The notes under the pieces were generated by a model. The model did no database searches, had not been told where the DNA came from, and saw only the letters and a list, made by a program, of their open reading frames with translations. Positions 1-12,947 of a stretch of DNA of 64,000 nucleotides are shown here, in pieces. The stretch is from the human T2T-CHM13v2.0 reference genome, Homo sapiens. The translations under genes and the position numbers were made by a program. Each line of letters begins with the position of its first letter. The stretch's first letter is position 1. The DNA lies in the NCBI RefSeq assembly GCF_009914755.1, contig NC_060938.1. One strand, 5' to 3'.

Positions 1-419
1 TCTTTTTTCCCCACTGTAAAAATATCTATATTGAAGTTTCAACATGTAATGCTCAAAATACACATCTTTTTCATATTGTCTTGCAGCAAAGCTTGACCAT
101 GAGATAAAATTCTAACCAATAATATGTAAGAGGAATTAGATAAAAGGCTTCAGTGAGAGTTTTAGTGTCTTCCTGATTAAAAAAAAAGGCTCATAAATTT
201 CTTTGGTTTTTATTCCTTCTTCTGTGTACCTGGAATACAGTCTGTTACCTGAAGGAGCATCTTATAAGTATAAGGAAACAGTAAATCTATTTTATGTTAA
301 AGGCATTGATATTTGGACTTTTTGTTATTTGCAACAAATGTATTTATAATGCAAGCACTTATTTGTTGTGTTTTACATTGGTAATTTTTGCGTATTAAAA
401 AATGCAATAAACTTTACAT

Positions 420-3355
420 TAGCACCCAGAAAAGAAATATTTATGTATAAATCTAACAAACTATGTTCAAGACTTATATGAAGTAAAGTACAAAACTGTG
501 ATGAAAGAAATTAAAGAAGAGCTAAAAACTTGGAGAAGTATTTCATGTTCATAAAGAGGAAGACTCAATATTGTAAAGATATCATTCTTTCCAACTTAAT
601 TTACAGGTTCAGTGTAATCTCAATACAAAATCCCAAGTTATCTTATGGATAATGATAAATTGATTCTAATATTAATATGAATAGGCAAAAGATGCAGAAT
701 AGCAAACACAGTATTAAAGAAAAAGAATAAAGTTAGAGGACTGATACTACCTTGCTTTGAGAATTTCTACAAAGCTAAGGTAATCAATTCAGGGTTGTAT
801 TGACAAAGAAATACACAAATAGATCAATGGAAAAGAATAGGGAGTGAAGGAATAAACCCATATAAATATAGCCAATTGATCTTTCACAAAGTACAAAGGC
901 AATACAATGCAGGAAAGATATGAGGGAAATTTTAAAAATATGTAGAAAACTGGAATTTAAAGATAAAAATTAAAGATATAAACTTTTTAACATTAACTCC
1001 ATCAAGTTCAAGACAATTTTGTAAGAGATGGTACCAATTGTTGGGTCAATCCCTAAAGAACTGAGGGTCTTGGGAATTTACCAATGTCAATGCTTTTTTA
1101 CATTATCAACTGAAGAAAAATGGCCACGCTTTTTAGATTTTTTAATATTAGGAAGAAAAAGAAATCAGAAGAAATCAAATTAAAACTGCAAGGGGGATGC
1201 CTAATGATTTCCCATTGAAACTCTTGCAAAATTGCTCTTGTTTGAGAGGTATGAGCAGGAACCTTGTCATGGTGGAGAAAAGACTCTAGTGAAGCTCTCT
1301 CAGGTGTTTTCTGCTAAAGCTGTGGCAAACTTTCTCAAAACACCCTTATAATAAACAGATGTTATCATTATTTGGCCCTCCAGAAAGTCAACAATCGAAA
1401 TTCCTTTGAGCATCCTTAAAAACTGTCACCATGATATTTGCTCTTGACTGATCTGTTTTGCTTTGACTAGTCCACTTCCATCTCTTGGTAGCCATTGCTT
1501 TGATTCTTCTTTGTCTTCGAGATCATACTGTTAAAGCCATGTTCCATCTTTTGTTACAATTCTTCAAAGAAATGCTTCATGATATTGATTCCACTTTTTA
1601 AAATTTCAATTGAAAGCTCTACTCTTATCTGTAGCTCATCTGTGTGCAATGGTTTTGGCACCCACAAAGTGAAAAGTTTGCTCACCTTTGATTTTACAAT
1701 CAGAATTGTGTAGGCTGGACCAATTGAGGTTTCCAGGCTGTTACCTAATTGTGCTGTTAATTTTTGGTGCTCTTCAATTAGGGCACAAACAAGATTTTTT
1801 TTTTTCTCACAAACTGATGTGGATGGTCTGCTTTTGTGAGCTTTCATCTTCAACATCATCTTGTCCCTTCTTAACTTCAGTTATAATTTGTAAACTGCTG
1901 ATTTCTTTTGGGTATTGTCCCCATAGGCTTTTGGTCAATTATTTTTCTGTTTCGGCTCAAGCCTCACCATAAATTTGATGCTTGTTCTTGCTTCATTTTA
2001 GCAGAATTCATGCTGCTCTGATAGGGGTTATTTTCAAACTGGTGTCATATTCTTCTTAGTACCTCAAACTAGATCCTGTTTAGACATGTTACAACAAGAC
2101 AATGCAAGTTTATTTTTGTGAAAAAAGTTGAAATTCATGGAAAATTTAGAAAATTTTTATGAACTGTTTGAAGATCTCTTGTAGTCTTTTCAGCAAACGG
2201 TCCTTGTACACTTGGACATCCACATACAAAAAGATGACTCTAGACACAGACCCTATTCCATTCACAAAAATTAACTGAAAATGAATCACAGACCTAAATG
2301 TTAAATTGAAAAACCATAAAACACTTAGAGATTACATAGGAAAAAATAAATGACCTTTGATTTGGTGATGACATTTTAGATACAACACCAAAGGCATGAT
2401 TGATGAAATAAAAAATTAATAAAATAGACGTTATTCAAATTAAAAATTTCTGTCCTGAAAAAGACACTGTCAAGAGAATGAAAAGACAAGCATGGGAGAA
2501 GATATTTTCAGGACACACATCTGATAAAAAAAACTATTAGCCAAAATATTCAAAGAACCCTTAAAACTCCACAATAAAAAAGACACTAGATTTTTAAATC
2601 GGTGAAAGACCTAAATAGAACTTCACCAGAGAAAATATACAGATGGCAAATAAGCGTATGAAAACATATTTCACATTATATGTCATCAGGAAAATGAAAA
2701 TTAAAACAATAATAAAAAACTACTGCATACATATTAGAATTGGCCACATTCTAGAACACTGACAACATCAAATGCTGACAAGGATGTGGAGCAACAGGAA
2801 ATCTCATTTATTGCTAGTGAAAATGCAAATCGTACAGTTTCTTTGGAATAAAATTTGGCAGTTTCTTGCAAAATTAAACATACTCTTATCATACTATTCA
2901 GTAATCACATTTCTTGGTATTCACCCAAAGGAGTTAAAAACTTATGTCTATAAAAATCTTACACACAGATGTTTATAACAACTTTATTCATAACTGTCAA
3001 AAACTTGGAAGCAACCAAGATGTTTTTCAGTATATGAATAGATAAATAAACTGTGCTAAAACAATAGAATATCATTCACTCCTAAAAAGAAAGAGCTATA
3101 AAGCTACGAAAAGACGTGGAGGAGATTTAAACGTATATTATTAAGTGAAAGAAATCAATTTAGAAAGACTGTATACTGTATGATTCCAACTATAGGGCAT
3201 ATAGGAAAGGCAAAACTATGGAGACAGTGAGAAGATTAGTGGTTGACAGGAGTTGCAAGAGGAAAGGATAAATAGGTAGAACACAAAATTTTGGGGGCAA
3301 TAAATTTCCTCCGGATGATAATAAATGGTGGATACGTGTCATCATACATTTTTCA
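420..3355 (+). mobile_element. Old LINE-1 (L1MC1-like) ORF2 3' half and 3'UTR, interrupted by Hsmar2
   Basis: Degenerate ORF2 text (ggaagactcaatattgtaaagat; gatcaatggaaaagaatag); ORF 2772..2978 resembles the L1 C-terminus; L1MC-type 3'UTR (ggaaaggcaaaactatggagacagt) at 3200-3350. L1 reads continuously across 920/2184 (ggaaagaTA|gtcttttcagcaaa). Confidence 0.88.
921..2181 (-). mobile_element. Hsmar2 mariner DNA transposon, near full length (~1.26 kb), TA target duplication
   Basis: Ends resemble the Hsmar2 TIR (tgagggaaattttaaaaata... / ...tgaactgtttgaagatctcttg); TA at 919-920 and 2182-2183; ORF 1554..1859(-) has the mariner WVPKPL linker motif and HTH-like region. Confidence 0.93.
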
Positions 3356-3719
3356 TATTTTTTATTCCTTCTTATACTACAAAGTATTTTGGCTTCTCTT
3401 TTTGAATACCTTTCAACATTTTTAAATACAAAAAACAGATAATACATACTAATGAGTTGTTTAATAACATGGTACAAAAATATGATCAATGGATCCTCAA
3501 TATGTTTTAAAATTAAAAATGTGAGTTAAGTGTTATGATTCTAAAGTCCTTATGAATAGAGTGATAGAGGGACTGATAATGTGTAGACATAAGAACAAAA
3601 CATCCCATCAGTTTCTATAACTGCATATAACAACACAAAGTGTTAGTTGTTCAATAAGACACACATGAATCTGAGATCTTATTAAATATAAAAATTTACT
3701 AATAATTTTAGGACCGTGG

Positions 3720-4150
3720 TGTAGGGACAAGAGTGACTTTATTAAATGCTAATCTGCCATTTAACATCTGACTAACTCCAGTCCAGGAATGCCGCCAAAA
3801 TGTCTAGTTGATGTATTATTGCTCCTTATGTAAGAACACCTATTCACAGAAAGTTTCCTCCAAAACAACCCTTATAGTCACAGAAATTATAGGCTGAAAT
3901 GTCTGCAACCACTTACACGTTCCTTCTAGCATACATAGGCTTTTCCCCCAAGATGTAACCCGTGGGTCTGAGAGTTCACGGTGTAAAAATCTACCTGTGT
4001 TGTGGTTGCCCAAGGCCACTATTCTTTCTGCAAGTTCCCTTAATAAATCACTCAAAACCAACAAACTGGATTTGTCTGCCTCCTTCTTCAGCTTCTTGGC
4101 TCCTTTGGTACTTGAAGGACACTTTGCATATATGACCCTTTTACAGAACA
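3720..4150 (+). mobile_element. Solo ERVL-class LTR (LTR47-like)
   Basis: TG...CA ends (tgtagggacaagagtgac...tttacagaaca), AATAAA near 4041, 431 bp, 5-bp flanks cgtgg/cacgg. Confidence 0.75.
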
Positions 4151-4410
4151 CACGGGTAATTGTGAAGCATGAAAGAGGCATGGAGAAATCCAGGACTGTT
4201 CTTGAGTCCTAACTTTTTATTTTATGGTGCGTCAGACACAGATTTAACATATAGGTCTCAGCTATGCTAGAAGGATATAACTTACACAAAAAGGAGCTAT
4301 GCAAGTCATGAAATATTTTTATGTTGTGTTCTGAAAATTATCTGGTCTAGAAGACATTTTCTAAGGTGATATTCTAGGTGAATTTACAATAAACAACATA
4401 GATCAACCAG

Positions 4411-4816
4411 GTGCATAGGCTGAATCATGTTCTCCCAAAATTCTTATGTCAAAGCTGTAATCCCCAGTATCTCAGAATGTATCTGTATTTGAAGACAGGG
4501 CATTTAAAGACATAATAAAGTTAAAAAGCAACTGTTAAAGTGGACCTTCATTCAGTTTGATTTGTGTACTCATAAGCGGAAATCTTGACATACAAAGAGA
4601 AACCAGCAATGTGTCTACACAGAGGAAAAACCATGTGAACACATAGCAAGAAGGTGGACATCCACAAGCCAAGGAGAGAGATGCCAGAGAAAATCAAAAC
4701 TGTTGGTACCTCAATATTGTAATTCTTGCCCCTAGAACTGTGAAAAAATAAATTTCTGTTGTTGAAGCCACTCAGTCTATGGTATTTTGTTGTGGTAGCT
4801 CTGGCAAACTAATAGA
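4411..4816 (+). mobile_element. MaLR solo LTR (MLT1A0/MLT1B-like)
   Basis: MLT1 hallmarks: ctcagaatgtatctgtatttgaagacaggg; ctagaactgtgaaaaaataaatttctgttgttgaagccac; ctggcaaactaata. Confidence 0.88.
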
Positions 4817-5994
4817 GTTGTCCAAAATATTTCAAAGGGCTCACCCACTAGAAAATAACAACATATGTTTTGCAGAGTCCTGACATTAATGTGTTTAAAA
4901 GATGATTTGACTGGAACATCTTTCATTCTATCCCATTCCTAAAGAAGAGGTGGAAAAAATAGATCACAGGCCTGCTGTTAACTCTTTCCTTTCATAAACT
5001 ATAACACAGAAATTCCACTTGGTATATAACTAAAGACATTATCTCATAGGTAAGTATGAGGGAATATATTCAAGTATGGTATTACAGTGAGATTTGTTGT
5101 AGCAAGTTGTACATCATTAGGCAAGTGTGCAGTTTGCTTTGATGAGCATGCACCATGGAACCCTGGCCAGCTGTTAAAAGACTAGATACGAAAACAACAA
5201 CATGGACAAATCTCTAAAATCGAATATCCAACACTTTTATTATGCAACTTAAAATTCAAGCACTGAATATAAATGCCTATTTTAAAAAAAATGTGTGCCA
5301 AAAATTTTTCCATGTTCAACATTATAAAATGTCTTTCTATGTGGTATAAGGGAGATGAAAATAGGACTAAAGAATACAGAATAAATTAAATAACATTTTT
5401 CAAGAGTTTTGTGGCACAGATCAGTGATTGTGATGTGCCATTAACTAAGGAGTTTTATGAATTCGACACATGGCACCCAAATTCCACATTTTAATAATAA
5501 ATTAACAATAATCATATTTTAATAATAAGATTCAAATAGAGAGAATTCTGAGCTAAAAACCTTAAATAAATTTAAGATAGTCACAAACATAAAGACATAA
5601 TATATATTCAATACTAAAGACAAGCAAGCCAAACAATATATAAGAACAGAAGATGCAGTTCATCTTAGAAAGATAATTACAGAAAATCAATACACCCAAG
5701 AAAATAATACTAAAGACTTCGTAGCTGCTATCATAAATTTTATACATGCCTTTTGTGGTTGAAAATCTCATAAGAATGGAAAGGAAAGGAGGAACAACAA
5801 GAAGGAAATTCCCTGAAATATCAAATCAAAAGAATTTGGCGAGGTACCGATAACAGAAATAAGAAAAGCCAGAGGTGACACTGAAGTAAAAGGAAGAAAA
5901 GTGTTAAGGGTTTTAGCAGCAAAAAGAAGAGTGAGCAAATATCCCAATTGCCTTTTCATTTCTATATTCATTACTTACCTTGTCCACAAGGTTA

Positions 5995-6095
5995 CACATT
6001 ATGAGGGCAGATTCCTTATGTGTCTCATTCACCTCACTGCTCAAGCATCTACCCCAGTGTTGAACTGTGACTGAAACATAATGTTTATTTAATAA
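5995..6095 (+). mobile_element. L2 3' end fragment
   Basis: atgagggcag...tctcattcacc...gcatctaccccagtg resembles the L2 3' tail. Confidence 0.55.
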
Positions 6096-6999
6096 CTAAA
6101 GAGTATATTTAGGATGGAGAGCCATAGAAAGAGGACCGTTTTATCAACTGTTGTGAAAAATCTCCTGGAGGCAGGCACAACTATGGAATGCTAGAAAAGC
6201 AAGAGAATCTTTCTAAACTTTGCTTTACTTAGTCTTTTAAATGTGATCTAAGGCTCTGTGGAAAGAATCTCATGGACAGGTTGACCCTTGCTCCCCATCT
6301 TCTCTGGTTAGCAAAATGTGTTGTTTCTATTCTTGTGTTTTCCTCATGTGAAATAATAACATCAATAAAACTAGACAGACTCTTAACATGCATAACTGTA
6401 CATGGTGTATTCAGATTACAAGACCTTTTAATTATAAATTTTCTATTGAAACACTCTAAACAGGAGTGCGGGTGATAGGTGATGTATACATATATATAAA
6501 TGCCGTCCTTCCAGTTACTTGGAATTTAGGTTCCTTCGCAAGCAAAGTGTTCCTCCCTGTCTATTTAAAACTGACAAAGACATTTGTCTTTACTCGTGTG
6601 GAGATGCCTGATAACTTATTTCTAACTATCATACGCTCCACAGTCATGACATTTTAAGAAAATAGATCAAATCTATCCTGGATTTTTTTTCAAGTTCCTT
6701 TTGATTGCTGCTGGGAGGAGAATAGAGAGATAGTAGAGAATAGCATTAACTTGCAAAGTAAAATAAATTATTTTGAGATAACTATTCTATATTAGAATAC
6801 AAAATAGCCTCCTAGTTACAATAACAAATTCAGCAGGGCATGGTTGTAATTCTCCAGGCTTACTAGTTTTGCTACCATGGTGTGTTTTCTCTGGTATACT
6901 CCAGATGATTTAAATAGTGAGACTGATACAGAAACCTCTGCAATGCATGTATTAAATGCATACATATATGAATTATAAGACAGCTTTTTCACTGGTTAC

Positions 7000-7410
7000 C
7001 GACTGGACACTAAGGACAGAGTTTTTGAATTTGAATCTGAACATTACTATTTGCTCACTCTGTAACCATGAACATGATAATTCATCCGTCTGTGCCTCAC
7101 TTTTCTCAGTTGAAAATATTAATAAAATATATATAGAGAGAATATAGAGTATATATATAGAGAGAGATATTCCATACATATTTTATATGTATTTACATAT
7201 ATATACACACATACATATATAGATTTATGGAATCTATATATACACATATATATAGATATATACAGATTCCATACATCTCTATATATATGCATAAATATTT
7301 ACACACATATATCCATTTATCTATCTATAAAACAAGAATTAGTATATGTAAAATCCTTTGATGAGTGTCTAGTACAGATTAAGAATTAAGAATCAAATGA
7401 ATGTTACCTG
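7000..7410 (+). mobile_element. MIR SINE split by a TA-rich low-complexity tract (~7125-7330)
   Basis: MIR core (ttgaatctg...ctctgtaaccatg...tctgtgcctcacttttctc) resuming at tatgtaaaatcctttg...gtctagtacag. Confidence 0.7.
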
Positions 7411-7722
7411 ATATCATATGGGTATATACATATATATAAATATTTGTATATACATTTATGTATATATACACACATATATAATATAACTGTATATAATAAA
7501 ACTTTGAATTTGGCAAAGTGAGGTAGAAGCCCCAAGTTAAATTTCATTAAGATTAAAACTGTAGCATATCCTTCTATTTAACTTCACACTTCAGCTTCTT
7601 TAAAATTTTTATTTCCAAGAAAGTGTACAAATATCTGCATATCATAAGCAAATAAAATATTTACATAAAAGATGGCTATAGCCACAGTGAGTAAATGCTT
7701 CAGGCTCCATATGCCTTAGAAC

Positions 7723-7856
7723 TAAAGTGACTGTATAACTTATCATCCAGACCACGACAGTTTAAGAATAAAATGTGTGTGCTTTTAATAATCACTCCAG
7801 GATACCAAGTGTGAATTGAGATTTTTCCAGGAAAACCAGGAAGATTTGTCACCCTA
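7723..7856 (+). mobile_element. MER94 hAT-Blackjack MITE
   Basis: 134 bp, TIR-like ends taaagtgac...gtcacccta, degenerate 8-bp TSD cttagaac/ctcaaaac. Confidence 0.8.
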
Positions 7857-7899
7857 CTCAAAACCCTAGAAAATACAGTAAATAAGAACATATTTTACA

Positions 7900-8950
7900 T
7901 GTCCCAAGGACAAACGCATGAGGAAAGTGGCGTCATCTTTTCTTTGTGGTGAAATAGTATCATCTATGCTCTCCGCAAAGCCCAGGTTGAATTTGTAACT
8001 CAGGTAGAATTGTTGATTTTGTATTTTAGGGTTTTTTTATTATACATAATGCGCTGCACCTCATAGTTAAAAACAATTGTTCTAAGCTTCCACATGCTGC
8101 TAAGATACAGCTACCGGGATTTAGTGCGAATCACGTTGTTCGAGGCGTTAGTTCAGCTGTCTGTTGAATCCCCTGAAACTAATGCTCAGTCTATATTAAT
8201 GTCTCAGTCCCGAGAAACCTCAGCCTATTCTCTCCTATAATTAATCTTGCAGGTGGTGCCTTGACATTATTGGTTCACCAACAGAGCAGAACTGCCTCAG
8301 CCATCAATAATAATTCAACGCATCAGGATGAGGCCTACGCATGGGCCACAGAGGTAGCCAAATATGCAGAATCTCCTGCATTCCTCTCCAGTAGAAGGGA
8401 AACTGCAATTGAAACTAGTTGTTTTGGTGGCTCGATAATTTGTAATAGAGGGGTCTTGGTGTTACTAATTGTTTTGCTTTATGCTTTTATCCAAATGTAG
8501 CCACGGCTTGGCACAAGGGGAGTGATTGTCTGTTTACTGAATCTTAATATTGAGGCTGTTACAAATTGTCTTTCACAGATGGTGGGAGCTTTTCAGATCG
8601 AGAGAGGCAGGGAATTTATTACTCAATATTTCTGTATTACTGATTGGGACGTGAGGAGCATAGACAATCTGTCCTACTGCAGGGTTTGCTGCATGGTTTT
8701 TTTTTTCCGTCTGTAAAATTATGGCTGGCTCTAGACATTTTTCTCATTTTGTATAGATAGCAGCTGTGTAATTTCCAGCAGAATGTTTGCGTTGATCCCC
8801 CTTCCTTTAATTGAAATCCGCAATTATGAGATTTGTTTCTTTTATGTTTGTGAGTTTATTGGTTTAATCTACAAAATGTGCTGTCTTGCTGTCTTACACA
8901 GTTAAAGGCTACAGCACAGTTGGGACTTAAATGAAAAACATTAGAGGGAG
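7900..8950. promoter_or_regulatory. Candidate conserved non-coding element / enhancer
   Basis: No recognisable repeat; about 19 CpGs in ~920 bp versus ~2 in 9200-10200; palindromic SOX site AACAATTGTT (~8072), TAATTAAT/TAATTG homeobox cores, E-boxes CAGCTG/CAGGTG/CAGATG. Confidence 0.6.
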
Positions 8951-9155
8951 GGGCTTTCTGTTTTTTGTTTTTTATTTTTTATTTTTTTGGTTGGCTATAG
9001 AAAGAATCCAATATTCTTCCCCTCAGATAGCAGGCTCTATGACAACTTAGTAAACTGTCATTCTGTATAATTTAAAGCTGTGTCTCTTGTATATATATAT
9101 ATAATGTATGTATTATATATATATGATTAGGCTCATTTCTAAAAATGAATAATAT

Positions 9156-9183
9156 GTGCGTGTGTGTGTGTGTGTGTGTGTGT
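9156..9183. repeat. (TG)n microsatellite
   Basis: Direct reading. Confidence 0.95.
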
Positions 9184-11229
9184 TCATAGAATGGAAAGGG
9201 AATATGCCTGCATAGGAGCATTTCTTTGATTATAGTAACTAGTAACATTTACATAATGCTAGCTTTATCAGCACATTTTAGGGGAAAGAGTGAAAGGATT
9301 ATAAAGTAGATAGATATAAGAACAGTACTGCATGGTCTCAGACATAGTTCACAACAAATAATTTTGAGAGTTACATGTCAATATGCTCTACCACATAAAT
9401 TAACCACAAATTTCCTAAATGGTAAAGTTCCAGATGTTTGAAATATTTTAATAAAAAATAGAAGAAAAAGAAGAGATCAAGTGGAGAAGAACGAGATTTT
9501 ATTTCCAAATTTACAATTCTCTCACTGATAGTTACTGTCATAAACTGTAACTATATATTTTAAAACAATCTTTGCTAATATTTTATGCATTCATTATATA
9601 TTTTTTTCTGGCACAGTATAGTGCATTTTCATTTGGAGCTCTAGGCTGTGTCTATATAAAGGAAATTCCATATTAATTGGTATTAGGCCAATTAGTTTGT
9701 AACTGAATTAATCTTTCTATGTAGCATCCTTAACTCCAACTAATTGATTTAGCCTAACAGTTTTGGTAGCTATCATATAGTCATTTCTCTTAAATGGTCA
9801 TGAGTAATTAATTCACATTGACAAGGAATTTTTCACAAAATTCTTCCATGTGTTAATGGTTGTTTTTTAGGCAAATAAACCAAGCGATCATATGGATATT
9901 TAAAAATATTTAGAATTGCACATGTTAACTGAGTATGTCTCCAATTCACCTTGTGGTCTCCTGATTATTATGTGGTCAGGTCTATTGTCATACAACTGTG
10001 ATATGTAAAAATATATATATATATATTTCATATATATATGGCATATGAGAAAATATCCAAATATTTTCTAAACTCAATATACATAGCCCATGGATTCTAG
10101 GAAGAAAAGTTCACTTAAAAATAAGCCTTTTAATGGACTATTTCTAAATCCTGAAAGCCACCACTGGAAAAATGTCATGGTATTTTCTGCTTTTTCTTAA
10201 TAATTACAGTGTAATTAAATATCCACTCATCTAGGAATTTCTTAATAAGAAAAACTGTAGTAATTTTAGATATTTGTATTTTAAGTATGGGAAAAAACAA
10301 GGGAGCTAATGGATCTAAAGTAACTTGCTCAATAAATTACATGTAGAACACTAAGGAAATAAACAGAATTCAAATCCATACCTTTCTATGAAACTCTGTT
10401 TAATATGGATCTACCTGTTTTTTTAGGATATGTAATGACTTAAGATACCAACTCCACATTCTGTGGTAAGAGATGAAGATCCAGGAAATGTATGGACACC
10501 TATAGCCTGAAGAATATTGTCAGAAAAAAACACTGGGATCTGGAAGCGAAAAGGAAACATAGAAAACGAGACAGGAAGGTGAAGAAAGTTGAAGATAAAC
10601 TTTCTTTTTCACAATGTTTTTATGGACAAGTTCAGCCCATAAATCAAAAATTACCTTTATGGATGAAATATTAGTTAAGTCAAGATCATCTTTTTCATTT
10701 CCTACATGCAGGTTGAATCTCATTTATGGAGTGAGATGTCAAATAACAACAAAAAATGCACTTAATTTGCATAAAGATGCTTGTAAGGTAACATTGCTCC
10801 ACACTTTGCTTTATTCACATCATTAGAGGAAATATCTTATTCCTCTAGCTGTTTCTGGCCATGGCTCAAGGAATTAAAAACTTCCATTCATTCCTTCAGA
10901 CAGTACAGTTAACAAGAGGATAACTTTTTTTATTATCTCTGTCCTTCTCCCTCAGGAAGCAGAGAATTATCAGATTGGTGAGAGAAAGGAAATAAAGGTC
11001 TGAACATGTGTCTCAAGTCACCTCTTTTGGGAGCACTCTGTTCTCAGTTTATTTTAATTCTGTTTCTCAATTTAATGAGTTTACTAGAGCAGGGTCCACT
11101 ATTACCCTGTGGAGATCCTTAATGATACATGGATATGTTTAATTCTGGGAATAAAGTAGTTAAACTGGCTAGTGATTATGCCACATTGTTAGAGTCATCT
11201 TTGTCAATAAGAAAGTTGTTCATATTTAT

Positions 11230-11930
11230 GACATCTGTATCCATTTCTTCAGAAGTGTGACTATTATTCATATATCCCCAATACACACAAAATATATAGT
11301 TTTAACTAAATTTTTAATCTGTTACATATTTTTCTAGGTTACTAGCTAGAGACATCCTGGTTGTTTCCAATTTGTTGTAAACTGGAAATTTGATGCTAAA
11401 CAAGTAGTGTTATGACAAGCCTTCTTATTCATAACTTGACATGCTTTTGCCAGTATATTTTAGATGAAATTTTGAGATTATGGTGGAGTCAAATCATATG
11501 AACACTTTAAATTTTGCTCCGTTATTACCACATTCCTGTGCAAAAGTGACACCAATTTACAATGCCATATTGTATAGACGTGTTTCATGGTACCTTAAAA
11601 CAATTACAATGTTAATAACAAAGATAAGTAATCACAGAGCACTATGTCAGATATAATACTAATTTAAAAAGTTTGAAATATAATGACAATTAACAAAATG
11701 TGACTAGGAGGCTCAAAGTGAGCACATGCTGTTGGTAAAATGATGCTAACAGACTTGCTTAATGTAGGGTTGCCACAAACAGAAGTAAAAAGTGCTTATT
11801 TGCCGACAACCTTGCCAAATATTGACTCTATAAAATGGTTTAAAATTATTTATATTACAGATACTTTGCTTTGCTATTTCTAATTCTCTTATTTTGTAAA
11901 CAGTGTTATTTTAGCCACATATGTATTTCT
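11230..11930 (-). mobile_element. Old L1ME-like ORF2 3'/UTR fragment
   Basis: ggttgtttccaattt...caaaagtgacaccaatttaca...caaccttgccaaa are typical antisense L1M motifs; interrupted at 11563-11780. Confidence 0.65.
11563..11780 (-). repeat. Tigger1-derived segment duplicated from 18564-18776
   Basis: Colinear, roughly 85-90% identical by eye to 18564-18776; no TIR or TA TSD. Confidence 0.88.
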
Positions 11931-12947
11931 TTCGCTCTGGATTTCTCATTTCATTTTAATTTTGTGTGTATGTCCTTGATGGATTCTTTGAATTTTTGTT
12001 TTCATTGCATCTTTCTGTATAATTATTCCTGGGATATTGTGTCATTTTTAAAAATTGCATTTCGTAGGATGGATTCCTAATACTTTCTTTGCATGTGCTT
12101 TTATGTTATTTTATTTCCTTGTCTTATTACTAAAAAGTGATTTTATACTTGCCATGATTTTCAGGTTTCCCAGCTTAAGATGGACAGTTCTTACACTTTG
12201 ATGTAGCATGGGCAAATTTGTCTCTACTTTTTCACATCAAGCTATAGTTTAAGCATTGAGTTTTGAAATGTGCCCACTTTTTCCCTAGCCTGAGTGTGTA
12301 GAGAATAAGCAGATGAGCTCAATTGGTGTGCAATTTAGGTAAAAGACCTGGACTCTTTCTCTTGCCTAAAATTTTATTAAGTATCTAATCCCATAGCTTG
12401 CTCTCTTTCCAGGAGGCAGTTTTACTGCCGCCAGGGAAATAGCCTTGCTTTCAAATCTCTTCCTTAATTCAGCGCAGAGCCACCAAGGCTTTGCTTGTAT
12501 CAATGAGCCATCTCATGTACCTTCATCCCCCATTTCACCAGTCTTTTCCTGGCACTTTCTCCCTCTATTCCTCACTCTAAGACTGAGTGGGGAATCAATA
12601 TTTGGCTGTAAAGGAGTATATGGTGTCTTACCTTGTGTGCTGAAACAATGTATTTACTCAAAGTGTTATGGATTTTCTTTTTTCTCTACATTATGCCAAG
12701 ACATAAATTCTGAGAGTGTTTATGATGGTGCCTCTTTTCCCCTCTGCTTTCTTTCCAAGTTAGAGACATCAAAATAATAAGCCTTAACCATTTTCCTGTT
12801 TTTAAAAGAAATAGTTAATTTTTATGGGAATTATTAGGTGTCTCCCGGGCTACTCATGTAAATCCTCATTTTATCTGTTTTTAAATTGAGTTATTCATGA
12901 GATGCTTTCTGCATTTTGTTTTTTAGGAAATTTTAGGAAACAAAGAT

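Noticed and set aside
8261-8716. Short ORFs (79 and 64 aa) in the candidate conserved block as coding exons
   Set aside because: Non-ATG starts, no recognisable protein similarity and no convincing donor sites.
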